Positions 1 to 12,160 of a stretch of DNA of 64,000 nucleotides are shown here, piece by piece. This DNA comes from Pseudovirgaria hyperparasitica (lineage: Eukaryota). The notes beneath the pieces were generated by a model. The model was not told the origin of the DNA and did not search any database. It worked only from the letters and a program-made list of their open reading frames with translations. The translations under genes were made by a program, and so were the position numbers. Within the stretch, counting starts at the first letter, position 1, and each line of letters starts with the position of its first letter. The stretch is from NCBI GenBank assembly GCA_010093815.1, contig ML996566.1. One strand, 5' to 3'.

Positions 1-1732
1 ATGCCTATGGGGTCTCAGACCGCTACTGCTCTCATTTATGGTTTCTCTGCCATTGGAGCTCTTTTCTCGGGTAGTCACTTTGGTGCAGACTCCGAAGAAT
101 GCACACCACCGGGGTAATTTAGATTTTCGCTTTCTATTTGGACCTTACTGATGAGCATCCGTGTAGATATCAATACTTCCAGACCTGTCAAACAATGATC
201 GATCCACTCGCTTGTAACGACATTGTTACCATGCAAGCTTTGATATGTGCAATCCTGTATATGCAAGGCACGGGCATGGTGACGCGATCGTATTCGACGA
301 TCTGCGCTGCTACTTCCGCTGCTGTCCGTATGGGCCTGCATCGCGCTTCACCGCCTAGCAGTCTTGATGCAATTCAACTTGAGCTCCGAAAGCGTGTCTT
401 TTGGGTCTTGAGAACCATGGACACTTATGTCACTTCCATGCTTGGCTTTCCTCGGACGCTCGGAGAAGAAAATGTGGATCAAGAGATGCCAATCGCTCTA
501 GAAGATCATTTTATCACAACTTCCGGCATCATCGCAGAGGGGCAATCAAGCAGTATACAGTCAAACATGGGCCCAGTCAACGCCCATACTCGGCTGATCA
601 AGATCATGGCGCAAACCCTTCGCCAGATCTATCCGTCGAAGCGACCATCTAGCTCTGTAAACTTTGCATATGGTGTCTCTCCAACGAGCGTGTCTCAGAT
701 TGAATCTGAGCTTGAGCAATGGTTTGAAGATTTGTCCCGATCCGACAACACTTCTGTTCCGTCAAGCTCTTTCGAGATACGGTAAAATTACATCTATCTT
801 GTATGGTTAGATTACAGCTAACAGTTTTTAGAACTCAGCTCCTCCTTCGCATGGCGTATGGTCACGTTCAGATGGTCCTCTATCGCCCCTTTCTGCACCA
901 CATCTTGAAGCCACGGTCTGAGGGTAACATCCAACTCCGATCCTATGCGTGTGCTTCTGCATGTATCAAAGCTGCAATGCAAATTGTTTGGTTGGCTGAA
1001 GAGTTGGATTCACGAGGGCTGATCCACGAGGCGTACTGGTTCACTTCTTACATCACGTCGTTTGCTGTGACCACGCTCTACCTATTCATCACCACGGCAC
1101 GCGATGATCCAACAAGAGAGGAGACACGACACACTGCAGAACGCGGTCGTGCCATTGTCTACAAACTGGCCAAGAGCAACCCTATGGCGGATTGGTGCCT
1201 TTCATCTCTCAACGCGAGTCCTTTTCTCCAGGACCAGGAATTCTACTTCAATCCTCCTAGTTGACTAGCCGGGGAGAGTCTGAAGTCACAGCAAGCAGCT
1301 GATGTAGGTCCATCGCACGGTGCTACAAGTAGCTCGAGCTCGAGCACCAATGCAACTCCGGATTACCGGCACAGCATTACTGATGCATCGCATCTTCGTT
1401 TCCACCCACGAGCGCCCGACCCACAACCACAAATGCAGCTGCCCTTCTCAGTCTCTCCCATCGATGACCATGCAACTGGCATGGCCATTCCAGTTACTGC
1501 AAGCGGCGAATCTCTCTACGCCATGCCTTATGTACCTCTATCGCCATTTGAGACCAAGGAGAGCACGTCCTACTTTGACGTGCAAAACACGAATTCGGAA
1601 CCTCATGATTCGCATATGTCGACGCCACAATTTGGTCACTACTATGGACCAGATGTGGCCAGTCAAATGGCTTGGGATCCATCAACCACCCAGCCAATGC
1701 CTTTCAAACTGGATCTAGACCTGATTAGTTGA
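1..1732 (+). CDS. Fungal-specific transcription factor (Fungal_trans/MHR domain), 5' end probably outside window; spliced
   Basis: Motifs AVRMGLHR, ELRKRVFWVLRTMDTYVTSMLGFPR, LLLRMAYGHVQMVLYRPFLH. Introns ~114-166 and 782-831, plus a third removing the in-frame TGA at 1262. S/P-rich acidic tail ends at 1732. Confidence 0.85.
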
Positions 1733-2770
1733 TATCGTATACGATGGCATCAAATCGCGCAGTGCGCATTTGACGCTTTGCACCTGTTTTCAGTATCATG
1801 CAATATTTTTGCCGCGCAAAAAGTCCTGGTTGTGAGCGACATGTTATTTTGTACGGGATCAAGTTTATGCGTCTTGTTACTTTTCAAATCACTTGTTTTT
1901 GTTTTATTATATATAGATCTGCTACGACTCTCCTTGAGATACCCACCAACGCAGCACGGATCGGCGTTTAGCACATGACCATATCTGTCATTATGTATTG
2001 TACATTTCTTGGTTAGAGATTATTAGCTGTACTGGATACATGATAGTTGATGAATATGCACAGACTAACCAAGTAACGATTAATTAGTAATATGAACACC
2101 AGACTTACTCGATTTCACAAGCTCGTCTATTCTTCCTTACAACTTAATCTCTCTTCAACTGTCGTTTCTCGCGGAAGAGAAACCAATAGTTGACAAATCG
2201 GACACGAACATCAACAACAGCAAATCATCCATATCGCCCTTGTATTACTCGTCTTAACTTTGTACTACATGTGTATCGTAAATTCTTGCAATTGTTTCAG
2301 GGATGATGCTAGGTTTTTCTATGGGGACTGCTACATGCTTGTTGCGAGCCCCGTATATATGTCATTTATTGGGATTGGGACGGTACGGTATGGGATCCAC
2401 AATAATTGGAAAGACCCATGCACAGACACACACAGACACCCACACACATACAAGGTGAAAAATGAAAGAATTGAAGGAGACTGCGGATATTGAGAGTTTG
2501 GATACTGGAGTGGATTGGCTTTGTTTTTTTTGGCACTGGTTGCGTTTATGTGTCCGTGGTGTGTGTTTGTTTTTCATGTGTGTATAAGACGTACATGTGA
2601 ATAACACTTCTTTAGAATGGAATGGAATGCCATGCCATTCTTGTGGGTGACCGTGTGGGTGTGAGAAGCAAGTCTTACTCGTGTACTGCGTGTGTGCTGT
2701 GGTGTGCACGTAACGTGTACACGTGCCACGTGAATAAGACCTTGCCTGCGTCAAGACCTGGTCATTACCA

Positions 2771-2842
2771 TCCGATATCGTCTAGTGGTTAGGATACCTC
2801 GTTTTCACCGTGGGGGCCGGGGTTCAAGTCCCCGTATCGGAA
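2771..2842 (+). tRNA. tRNA-Glu (anticodon TTC), intronless
   Basis: TCCGATA/TATCGGA acceptor stem, TCTAGTGG A-box, anticodon loop TT-TTC-AC, T-arm CGGGG-TTCAAGT-CCCCG, downstream T-tracts. One T:T mismatch in the anticodon stem. Confidence 0.93.
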
Positions 2843-4289
2843 GAATGTCTTTTCTTTTGGGTTTTCTGACGTTTTGGGAGGAGGGAGGGGGATGTGTTTG
2901 GGTTCGGTGTGTGTTGTTTGGAGGTGGAGGGTGTTAGAAGGTGTTCATAACAGAGGAGAGTGGAGAGAGAATGAGCGATAGAGTAGAGTAAAGAGATTGA
3001 AGTAGACATGTTTTTGCAAAAAGAGATTGCGGCAGATGTGTAGACGTAGTACTTACTAGAGGGTCTAAAAGAATAGTCAAGAGATATGGATAAATGATAG
3101 ATGATCCTCTGCAAGAATATTGTCTTGGGCCTACGTGATAGTACAGTACTATAGCTAGACTCCTCAACTTTTATGTATATATAGTCCTACATATCCAAGG
3201 ATATGAAACTTGTATATGAAAAAAAAAATCTTGCACATGGAAGTACAGTGACAGCCCATTCAGCCAATTTTGCGATGACTATCCGACGTGCTAAGGGAGA
3301 TTTGTACGAGGATTCGTCGCGAGTACGGATTCTTGTTGTTGAGGTACAATGGACAGCATTGAACGCAACAACGGTATGACTTTCTCAGTTCTGTCTCCTA
3401 TAAGGTTCGTAAAGCATTAAGCTTGATGACAGACTATGTGACACACAATCTGCCTTTGGATTCTGTCGGAGGTGCTAGGCTTAACTCAGCATCCTCGACA
3501 TTGCTTCTAATAGTATCTAGAATTTTGGAAATAATAGCAATTATGTATCTAACAGCACCTGTGCTGGGCTAAATATAGGTTTCAAACGTGTGGCCGAGGC
3601 AGACAGCTCCAACCGCCGCCAAGGATCGGATAGTTTTGATTGAAAACACACAATGCCACCTACCAGGACACGCTTGAAGAGCAGGGTCGGGTAAATATAT
3701 CACAGCTGCAATCGTGATGTACGATAGTAAATTTAAAGCTGCATTCCTCGTCTGTCGCTGTGATTCGTCGCACTCGTGCAGGGTCCTTGCATGGCGCTCT
3801 TATTTGCAGGCAAAGCGGAACGGAGCGACGGATAAATTCGAAACGGGCGGGGAAGGAAGCAATAAAGCTTGTTGTTGTTCAGATTTTGAGGATCATTTGT
3901 CAAGATGACTCCGGTCGCTCCAGATATGAGCCAGAATCGTGGTCTCGGATGAGGACCGGAGCGAAGGAGCTGAGATGCATGCAGCCACGATGGAACGCTT
4001 TGCAACAGCAATTTATTGCCTGGTGCTACGTTTCCATCAACCGTACATAATGGCGTCTCGGTCTGAGCAGATTTGGTGCATTAGCGCGAGGAATACGCTG
4101 ATCTTCGTTGGAAACCAGCCGATTCAACCTAATTCAGTGGGCCGTGTTCGTTTTAACCTTGTGAGCTGAGCATATGCCTGTTGTCTGTGCATGTTTGTGT
4201 AAGACGATCGATAAAGATTTAAATCCATCGTCTCTCGCCCACTGCACCTTGACGAAGCTGACTACTGCTTTCGATAACAATAAAACAAC

Positions 4290-5086
4290 ATGCGCGTCTC
4301 AATCGTCTCAGCTCTTTTCTTGGCGCTCAACGCCAGTGCCGCGACTATTGGTACTTTGAACCACTCTGACATGGACGAATGAACCTTGCTGACACTGCAC
4401 AGCGGCCCGCAAAACGAAGCCGTACATAACCATCAACACCGAGACCGATCTCCACTGGAGTCGCGAGTATCCAGACAACCTGAACCCGGTTGTTGAGTAC
4501 TACTATGGCGTCACCTCAATCAATGTGACCTGCTGGGTCGAGACAACCATGAAGGACGACAAGGGCATCGAGAACGGCAACCCAGTATATCTTGGCGTGG
4601 CCAACGCGACGACCTCGCTATCCGCATACATAGCCGAAGACTTCGTCCAGGGCGGCGATCACGACTTCCAGGACGAGCTGGAGGAATGTCCTGCCATAAC
4701 GCACGCAGCCGGTTCCGTCGAGGAACAATACTGGATCACTGTCAACAACCCAGACGGCACCACGGAATGGTATTTTCCCTGCTACGAGCAGCCGAGCACG
4801 AAGGCAGCCTTCAAGAAGGACTATGATGTTATCTACCCGGAGATTCAGTGCTACCAAACAGGCGGCGAGGCTGTGAATGGCAACACGTACGTGCTTGTGG
4901 AGTCTTAGAGAAGAAGTCCGAAACGAAAGCTGACAGTTGAGCAGAACGTGGGTATATGGATTGAGAACTAGGTGTTTCTTGCCTGGAGGCTGGTTTAGTT
5001 CAGTGGAGTACCATGGTGAGGTCTAATCATTGAATGATGTATTGACGTGTTACTGATTAACAACAGGCGAGGCTCCTTTGTGTTAG
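4290..5086 (+). CDS. Small secreted protein with two tandem SH3-like (cell-wall-binding-type) repeats; 4 exons
   Basis: Signal peptide MRVSIVSALFLALNASA. Introns 4351-4402, ~4887-4944 and ~5015-5066 give an open frame ending ...IQCYQTGGEAVNGNTTWVYGLRTRCFLPGGWFSSVEYHGEAPLC*. The gene model is well supported; the domain call is by eye. Confidence 0.75.
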
Positions 5087-5637
5087 GCCCAGCAACACAA
5101 CGTTATTTGATAAGAACGTGTGTGAAAAGCAGGAGTGTGATCTAGTATGCATGTAGTGATAAAATATACGCACTACATCCTGGTCGCTAACCTCTTCCTC
5201 GTCCTTTGTTCCGAACGTCGTCCCATGCTGCCGACCGGCATGGATGTATGACATAGGTAGCATCAAACTCAAAGGATGTTAGTCATACCCGTGTAACAAG
5301 TTCCTCCATGCTCGTCCTACAGTTTCGAACTCAGTGTTGCGGCACCTTTACGCAAGAGACGTGATTGGCTATACAATAGCGTTTTCGAGCCTGCGGCAAT
5401 TCACGGCGATTGGGCGGCCCGACTCGGCTTAAGAATACCAAACGTTTATCCAAGCATTTAATCGGACATCATGGACCGAGTCAACGTTACAAGCATTGCG
5501 GGTGACCTGAAGTGCGGAGAACCGATGCGGAGACTCGATACTGTCTTTAAAGAGCTGGGACCGCCGCTGTACACTGCTATACTTCCTTTCTGTTTTCTGC
5601 TTTGCACTTAAGTCGAGACAGGCAACTAGATCGATTA

Positions 5638-7379
5638 ATGGAAGGACATACACAGCCTTCCATCATGACTGCTAGCAGCTTCGCATTGGAGCATCCAAAG
5701 ACAGCTATAGTGTTTGGTGCTGTCCTCGCGTCCTGGCTTTATGTAGGTCTTTCCTACGACACGACCGTGCAACAACTGACAATATCAGCTTGGAGGTCTA
5801 GTCATATATCGTCTATGGTTTCATCCACTCTCGAAGTATCCTGGGCCATTTCTAGCGAAAGTCACTGATTGGTGAGGATTGGTGCCGTCATGCTCCCTGT
5901 CAAACTGTTAATAGAAGCAGGTACTCTGCATACCACGCATGGAAAGGAGACAGACACCTCGAGTTCTGGAGATGCCACGAGCAGTACGGCCAATTCGTCA
6001 GATTTGGCCCTAACAGTCTGTCTGTCAACACCAACACGGCCTTGAAGGATATCTATGGCTTCAAGGCAAACGTCAGGAAGTCAGACTTCTATGCAGCCTT
6101 CCCACCCACCAAGGACACCTTCAACACCCATAGCAGCATCGACAAGGTAGCTCACGCCCGCAAGCGCAGAGTCTTGTCCCATGCCTTCTCCGACAGCGCT
6201 ATCAAAGCCATGGAGAACCACATCATCGCCCACATTCGCGTTTTCTGCGACAAACTAGGCGAAAAGGCCTTTCCACGAGGCCGCACCGTCGAATCCCTCG
6301 AAAAGTACTCTCAGGAGAAGTGGAGCAAAGCGCAAAACATCGCTGACTGGGCTAACTACATGACCTTTGACATCATGGGCGACCTCTGCTTCGGCAAGTC
6401 CTTCGGCATGCTCGAGCGACCCGACAACCGCTTCGCCATCGACCTCCTCGCGAACGCCGCCCACCGCCATCTAATCTGCGGCACCTACCTGCCCATCCAC
6501 ACCTACCACCTCGACAAAATCCTCTTCCGCAAAATCGCCTCCGGCCGCGAGCGCTACATGGCATACAGCCGGGCCCAAGCCGCCGAACGCACAAAAGCCG
6601 GCCTGGACGTCGACCGCAAGGACTTCTTCTACCACCTCCTGCGCGCCACCGACCCGGAAACCGGCAAAGGTTTCAGCGGACCGGAACTCTGGGCCGAAAG
6701 CAACCTGCTCATCATCGCCGGCTCCGACACCACCTCCACCGCCCTCGCCGCCACCTTCTTCTACCTCACCCACAACCCACACGCCCTCGAGCTACTCACA
6801 TCCGAAGTCCGCACCGCCTTCTCCTCCGTCGACGACATCCGCATCGGCGCCACGCTGTCCAGCCTCGCGTTCCTGCGCGCCTGCATCGACGAGGCAATGC
6901 GTCTCAGCCCCTCCGTCGGCGGCCTGTTACCGCGCGAGATCCTCCCAGGAGGCCTCACGCTCGACGGCCACACGCTACCCGCCGGCACGGTCGTCGGCGT
7001 GCCGCACTACGCCATCCATCACAACCCAGCCTACTTCCCGGCGCCTTTCACGTTCGACCCGGCACGTTGGCTTGCGCCGTCGCATCCGTTGAGCACGGGG
7101 TATACGGCTGCGCAGGTGGCGGCTGCGCAAAGTGCGTTTTGCGCGTTCAGTGTGGGCCCACGCGGGTGTATTGGGAAGGGCATGGCGTATGCGGAGCTGG
7201 GGATTGCGGTGGCGCGCGCTGTGTGGTTGTATGATGTGCGAGTGGCGCCGGGGACGACGTTGGGTGAGGGCAGGCCGGAGTGGGAGTGGGGACGCAGACG
7301 TGCTGAGGAGTATCAGTTGAAGGATACGTTCACGAGTGTGAAGGATGGGCCGTTGGTGCAGTTTGCGTCGAGGTTATGA
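5638..7379 (+). CDS. Cytochrome P450 (CYP548/benzoate 4-monooxygenase-like group)
   Basis: N-terminal TM segment and HPLSKYPGP; introns 5743-5788 and 5872-5920; AGSDTT I-helix, EAMR, FDPARW, heme motif [10 protein letters not shown]. The start could instead be the ATG at 5665. Confidence 0.93.
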
Positions 7380-8201
7380 ATCGTGTCACGGCGCAGATGG
7401 GAGCGTCGAACAAAATTAGAGAATGTGAATTGTACGAATAAGCAACATTATCATATCACTGTGTATAGTGCTTCGTCAGCAGTCTCGAGCAAAAGACTTA
7501 CACTAGCCACAATGTAACAAGCAATATTGATTTCAGATCGGCCATCCACTATTGCAATCTCTATCTGGTTCAATATCAGACAGATCTGGAGCAAGCATGT
7601 GGGCAACCGTTGGATGAAACAGGGCGATTCTGTACGTAAGGACTGGCGGACACAATGATGACTTTCAAGGCTAATTTAGATAATAAAACATTTTGTGATG
7701 CAGTGGCGCGTTGTGCCGATGCTTATTGGTTTGTGGAAGGTGACATGACCAACATTTGTACCTCCTGTACCTCGCATGGCCGCCAACATCCAGGCATGTT
7801 TCATTTCGTTTCTTAACGACTCAATCGTACAGCCAATAAGTGCTTTAAGTTATAAAACAAGGATCAGTACGGTAGTGGACTTGTCTTCGTTCTAGTTAAT
7901 CACGCAAAGAATTGACTTGAGTAAACAAGAGATAGTTGTTCGTTGTAGGTGGGATATCTCATTTAGGTGACAAAGGAAATGCTAATCGACCCAACATCCG
8001 AGACCTCTATAAAGCCAGGAAATAATGCTAGACAGCGACTCCCAATCGCTAGTGCCGTCCAATGCAATGCTGTGAACAAAAGAGAGTTATCTAAGTTTAC
8101 CGAACATCAATGGCACTTTTGGTATGGTCGTGGTCAGTTGCCAATAGAGTGGGCGTTGAAATTGATACTAGAGGCAGTAGTTTTTAAGATTGACAACGTG
8201 C

Positions 8202-11200
8202 TTACGCTCGCCACGTCGCCTCCTCATCAATTGGCATGGGAGTTCTCTGTTGTAAGTCGTCGACCGATTCTTGATCATCATCCTGATACGATCTTGTAGA
8301 TGATGCAGACCGCACAGGGGAGGACTCGTGGGAGAAAGATTGTGTCAATGCCTCCGTCAAAGCTGCCTGCCGACTCCGGTCTTCTTCAGAATCATGACTA
8401 CTCGGCTTTCGCTGGGGCTTCGATATCGATCGCTGACGCCGTAGCTCATCTCGTTGCTGCATTATCTCAAGTTCTCGCTCGACAGCTCTTGCTCTCCGCT
8501 CCTCCACGTCCTTTCTTTTGACAACCTTCTTGAGTGCGTCGCTTGCCTGTATGAGGCCATCGATGCTTATAGCATGATTCGTCATCTGATGATTGATATA
8601 ATGGTATATAGTTGCTGGATTATCACAGTCCAGTAATTGCCGTTCGTTGAGCTTGAGAAGTGCAAGGGCAATTTGAAACATGAAAGTAGAGCCGTCGTGC
8701 ATGCATAATACGACATCCCAGACACGGAATAACGCTTCAGCAGACAGGCAGTCAGTAAAGACAGAGAGAAACCACTGGAAGGTCAGGGCTTCAAGCTCGA
8801 TACCGAGATCGTCCAGATGGTTTGACAGCTTCGGCAGCATTTCTGTCACGTAGGATCGTAGTACGACCTGATCGGCCCTCGACGTAAGGAGTGAATGGTC
8901 GTAGTAGTTATTGGGCAGTATATTCTCGATCATAGACGCCAAAACCCAAAAAGCATCCTCGGCGGTAGGCATTATGAGCAGAAGTGAGGCAGTAATAAGG
9001 TTCATGCCTTGACAATAACCAACCTCCGTGTTCCGGCGGGAGTAGGCAAGGAGAACTTCGTTGAGCTTTTGTACCCCTGGGCCCTTGCGGAAGAAGATGT
9101 TGTCTGTCAGGGTTCGTGTAATGTCCATCTGGATCTGGCTTGCAATCACAGGATCGTCCACACCATTCTTGACGAGGTCTTCGTAGTATCCAGGTACCCT
9201 GAGCTCAGAAGCACCGCTACACTCAGCCCATATTTTCGCACGATAAGTCACTGGAATCCCACTGAGGACGAGCTCACGAAACTCCTGCCATTTCGCGCGA
9301 CCAACTTTTCCTTTGTTGCCGAGACTTGCTACACCCACGATCTCGCCATCCATCAGGAGAGCTTCTGGCATCGTGAGCCCTTTCGCACGATTCTCGTTAT
9401 TTACTTCTCCTTCCCGCTTCCGTTCAGCTCTGACTTTGCGCAGAAATTCGTTCCATCTCACTGTTTTATCGCGCTGCAGTGAGTCATGTAATTCGGTTAG
9501 CTGCTCAAGCAATGCTTTCACCGGGTCAGGCTGTTGCTTGTTAGGCATTGGATTAACTGGAGAAGAGACAGCTGGACTGGTTGACAACTGAGAAGTGGCA
9601 AATTCAGCGTTGCTAGAGGATATGCGAGACGGTGACGGCTCCGGATTTATGCTGAGCGCAGGCACGGAGCCTCGCTTATCCACTTTCACATTTGAGGGTC
9701 TGTGGCTCGTCTCAATCTCTGTCGCTTCTACAGCTGTGATAGGTGCAGTCGAAGGTGTATGCGACAATAACTCCGTTGGAAATGTGGCAAGCTTGAGAAA
9801 GTCCTGCCACCGCTTGCCAGACACAGCATTAAGATCCTCAGTGGAGTGCGTACTGCTAGGTCGCTCATAACTTTCCGTGTCTTGACGATGAGCGACTTTC
9901 CTTTCGTCTTCTTCTTCCTCAAGAGTGACTCTGACGTCTCTAAGAGACTCGACGTTACTACCTCTCTTGTGCTTACGAAGAGCTGCTGCTGCTTCGCTTT
10001 GCCTTTTCTTCCTTCGCTGATCATATATGAAGCCGAACCTGTCAGTCAGAAATTCTTGACTTGCACCTATGTTATTGTGATGAGCCATGAGCGTTGGCGG
10101 ACGCGAATCTTCGGGAAGGATGGTGTCCATCTCGACAGGACCGAGATTGCTCGCCCCTCTCCGAAGGTTTCCATTAGGACTTGGAGAAGCTAAATTTGAT
10201 GTTCGTAGGCTATCTGGCGAAACTCCTTTGCCTCGTATTGTTCCGTTCGGCCCAAGCGAACTACGTGTAGCTCTACCTCGGGGTGCACTTACAGATGCGA
10301 CTTTCGAAACAGACGCAGCCGACCCCGTAGAGACTGTGCGAGCACCTCCCGGGCGTTGCAATGATGGTGTCGAGCTTTTCACTTTCACAGTCTTCGCCTT
10401 GTCTGTCTCCTTCCCGGCTTGTACTCCTCCCACCAACTTCAGTGCCCATGAGGTCATTGTATTTGCTTGTCGACGCTCAGATGAACTCCTTCCGATATCT
10501 TGGCTCTGCAGTCTTCGAAGGTTGGGTACTGCTTTTCCCAAATCGTTAACGTGCCCCAGGGGTGTGAATAAGTCCTGTCTTAGGGCTTTTCGCGCCGGTT
10601 GTGATCCACTGTTCGCCCTTGATCTGTCACGTGTCCCAGTAGCATCACTGTCACTGATTAGGCTGGGCGCCTTACTGCCTTTCTTTGTTGTACCCGTCCA
10701 AACATACGACTTCCAGGTCCGTGCTCCTGCAGGCTGTGTCGCTTGCTCCTCATCTCGCCTAGTACTACTCAAAGCTTGGCTGACGGCAAACGATAAGTCC
10801 TCGTGGAGGCTGAGGTTTTCTGAACATTCCGATATGTCATCTTCCATCGCTCTCATAAGCCTTTTGTCAATATCATCGTCCAGATGTGTGCTATCAGATT
10901 CAAGGTCGCCTTTCATTCGCAATGGATCAGAGACCACCTGAGATTTTTCCAGAGTCCTAAGACGGGTTTCGATATCGAGATTGGACACCTCACACGCTAG
11001 TAGCATCTTTCTCAGTATCCTCTCCCTCTCTTCTGTTTTCCTTCTTAGTGCGGTAATCTGTGCATCTCTTTCGGCGAGGTCATTAGCGAATTGGCGGATC
11101 AGCGGTATTGCACCCGTACGGTCAATCATCTTCTGAATATGCTCATCATCTGTATAATGAGTATTTCCAGGCACCACCCTGGCGTACTTTGGTGTATCAT

Positions 11201-11579
11201 CGAACAGTGCGTTCCGGTTGTTCTCAGACGACGGAGTGGCTACAAGACTTCCTACTAGGGAGCGTGAGGCTTTAGACACTTTACGTATCGTGCTCGATTC
11301 TGCGGAAGGCACTTCCTTGGTTGCATCGGCTGTTGTCTCGGTCGTCGATATCGTGTTGGGTGCAAGGGATAGTTCGCTAGGTATTGGTGGGCTGTCGAGG
11401 GTTGGGGACAACGAGGGAAAGGATGTAAGACTCTTCTGAGACGAGAGAGTCGAGCTCTGAAGTGAAGTGTTGGATGAATGTTTACGAGGGCGTACCCTCA
11501 CAGTGCTATGTTTCCTGCCACTCGAATGTGAGGTTTGCGAGGAGGTACGGTGGAGTGAGGCGTCGTTGAGGGGCTCCAT
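8202..11579 (-). CDS. Rab GTPase-activating protein, TBC domain
   Basis: Single long ORF with GIPVTYRAKIW, IQMDITRT (Arg finger), YCQGMN (Gln finger), QWFLSVF, RVWDV and an N-terminal coiled coil. The start codon is uncertain. Confidence 0.93.
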   Translation of the reverse strand: MEPLNDASLHRTSSQTSHSSGRKHSTVRVRPRKHSSNTSLQSSTLSSQKSLTSFPSLSPTLDSPPIPSELSLAPNTISTTETTADATKEVPSAESSTIRKVSKASRSLVGSLVATPSSENNRNALFDDTPKYARVVPGNTHYTDDEHIQKMIDRTGAIPLIRQFANDLAERDAQITALRRKTEERERILRKMLLACEVSNLDIETRLRTLEKSQVVSDPLRMKGDLESDSTHLDDDIDKRLMRAMEDDISECSENLSLHEDLSFAVSQALSSTRRDEEQATQPAGARTWKSYVWTGTTKKGSKAPSLISDSDATGTRDRSRANSGSQPARKALRQDLFTPLGHVNDLGKAVPNLRRLQSQDIGRSSSERRQANTMTSWALKLVGGVQAGKETDKAKTVKVKSSTPSLQRPGGARTVSTGSAASVSKVASVSAPRGRATRSSLGPNGTIRGKGVSPDSLRTSNLASPSPNGNLRRGASNLGPVEMDTILPEDSRPPTLMAHHNNIGASQEFLTDRFGFIYDQRRKKRQSEAAAALRKHKRGSNVESLRDVRVTLEEEEDERKVAHRQDTESYERPSSTHSTEDLNAVSGKRWQDFLKLATFPTELLSHTPSTAPITAVEATEIETSHRPSNVKVDKRGSVPALSINPEPSPSRISSSNAEFATSQLSTSPAVSSPVNPMPNKQQPDPVKALLEQLTELHDSLQRDKTVRWNEFLRKVRAERKREGEVNNENRAKGLTMPEALLMDGEIVGVASLGNKGKVGRAKWQEFRELVLSGIPVTYRAKIWAECSGASELRVPGYYEDLVKNGVDDPVIASQIQMDITRTLTDNIFFRKGPGVQKLNEVLLAYSRRNTEVGYCQGMNLITASLLLIMPTAEDAFWVLASMIENILPNNYYDHSLLTSRADQVVLRSYVTEMLPKLSNHLDDLGIELEALTFQWFLSVFTDCLSAEALFRVWDVVLCMHDGSTFMFQIALALLKLNERQLLDCDNPATIYHYINHQMTNHAISIDGLIQASDALKKVVKRKDVEERRARAVERELEIMQQRDELRRQRSISKPQRKPSSHDSEEDRSRQAALTEALTQSFSHESSPVRSASSTRSYQDDDQESVDDLQQRTPMPIDEEATWRA

Positions 11580-12160
11580 CTCCACCGCTCAGTCGTATCG
11601 AGCACCAGTATGAAGCATGAGCGACACAAGAATAAATGTGAGGGTCAAGACAATGTTGAGAAGTACTTGGCAGAAGCTTTAATATACCGCGAGTGGAGCT
11701 ATGTCGTGTGCAACGTGTGCGCGGAGACGTCATGGGCCGCAGGGATACGCGTGGGGCTGGGTACTGCTGGTGTACCTTTGCGCGACGAGAGGCAAGCAGT
11801 CGTCGGTAATTAGATGTAGATATGAAAGTGTGCGTAGACGTGGAAGCAGAATTAAAGGATCTCCGGAGTAGTATTGCCTCTATGGTGCAGCCTTGTCTCA
11901 GTTGTTGTGCCTGCAATTAATTACACGTGAATTTGCTGAGTTCGCGTCAGAATAGGCCCGAGCACCCACCCAGCATCCCCTCGGGCTGCCCAGGTGCCCA
12001 GATGTTCCTGAAGAATCCCTCGGTACAGCCACAACCACAGCCACACAGCCCTACGCTTGCTGATCTCTTCTCTTTCCGATCTGAATATATATGCGTGTTT
12101 CACCACCACCATACCACAGTTGAACGATGAAACACTTACACAGTTGAGGACAGTCGCGCA

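Noticed and set aside
10087..10941. 284-aa antisense ORF inside the TBC gene, and similar shadow ORFs in the P450s
   Set aside because: They overlap confident genes on the opposite strand, have no motifs, and are expected from codon bias.
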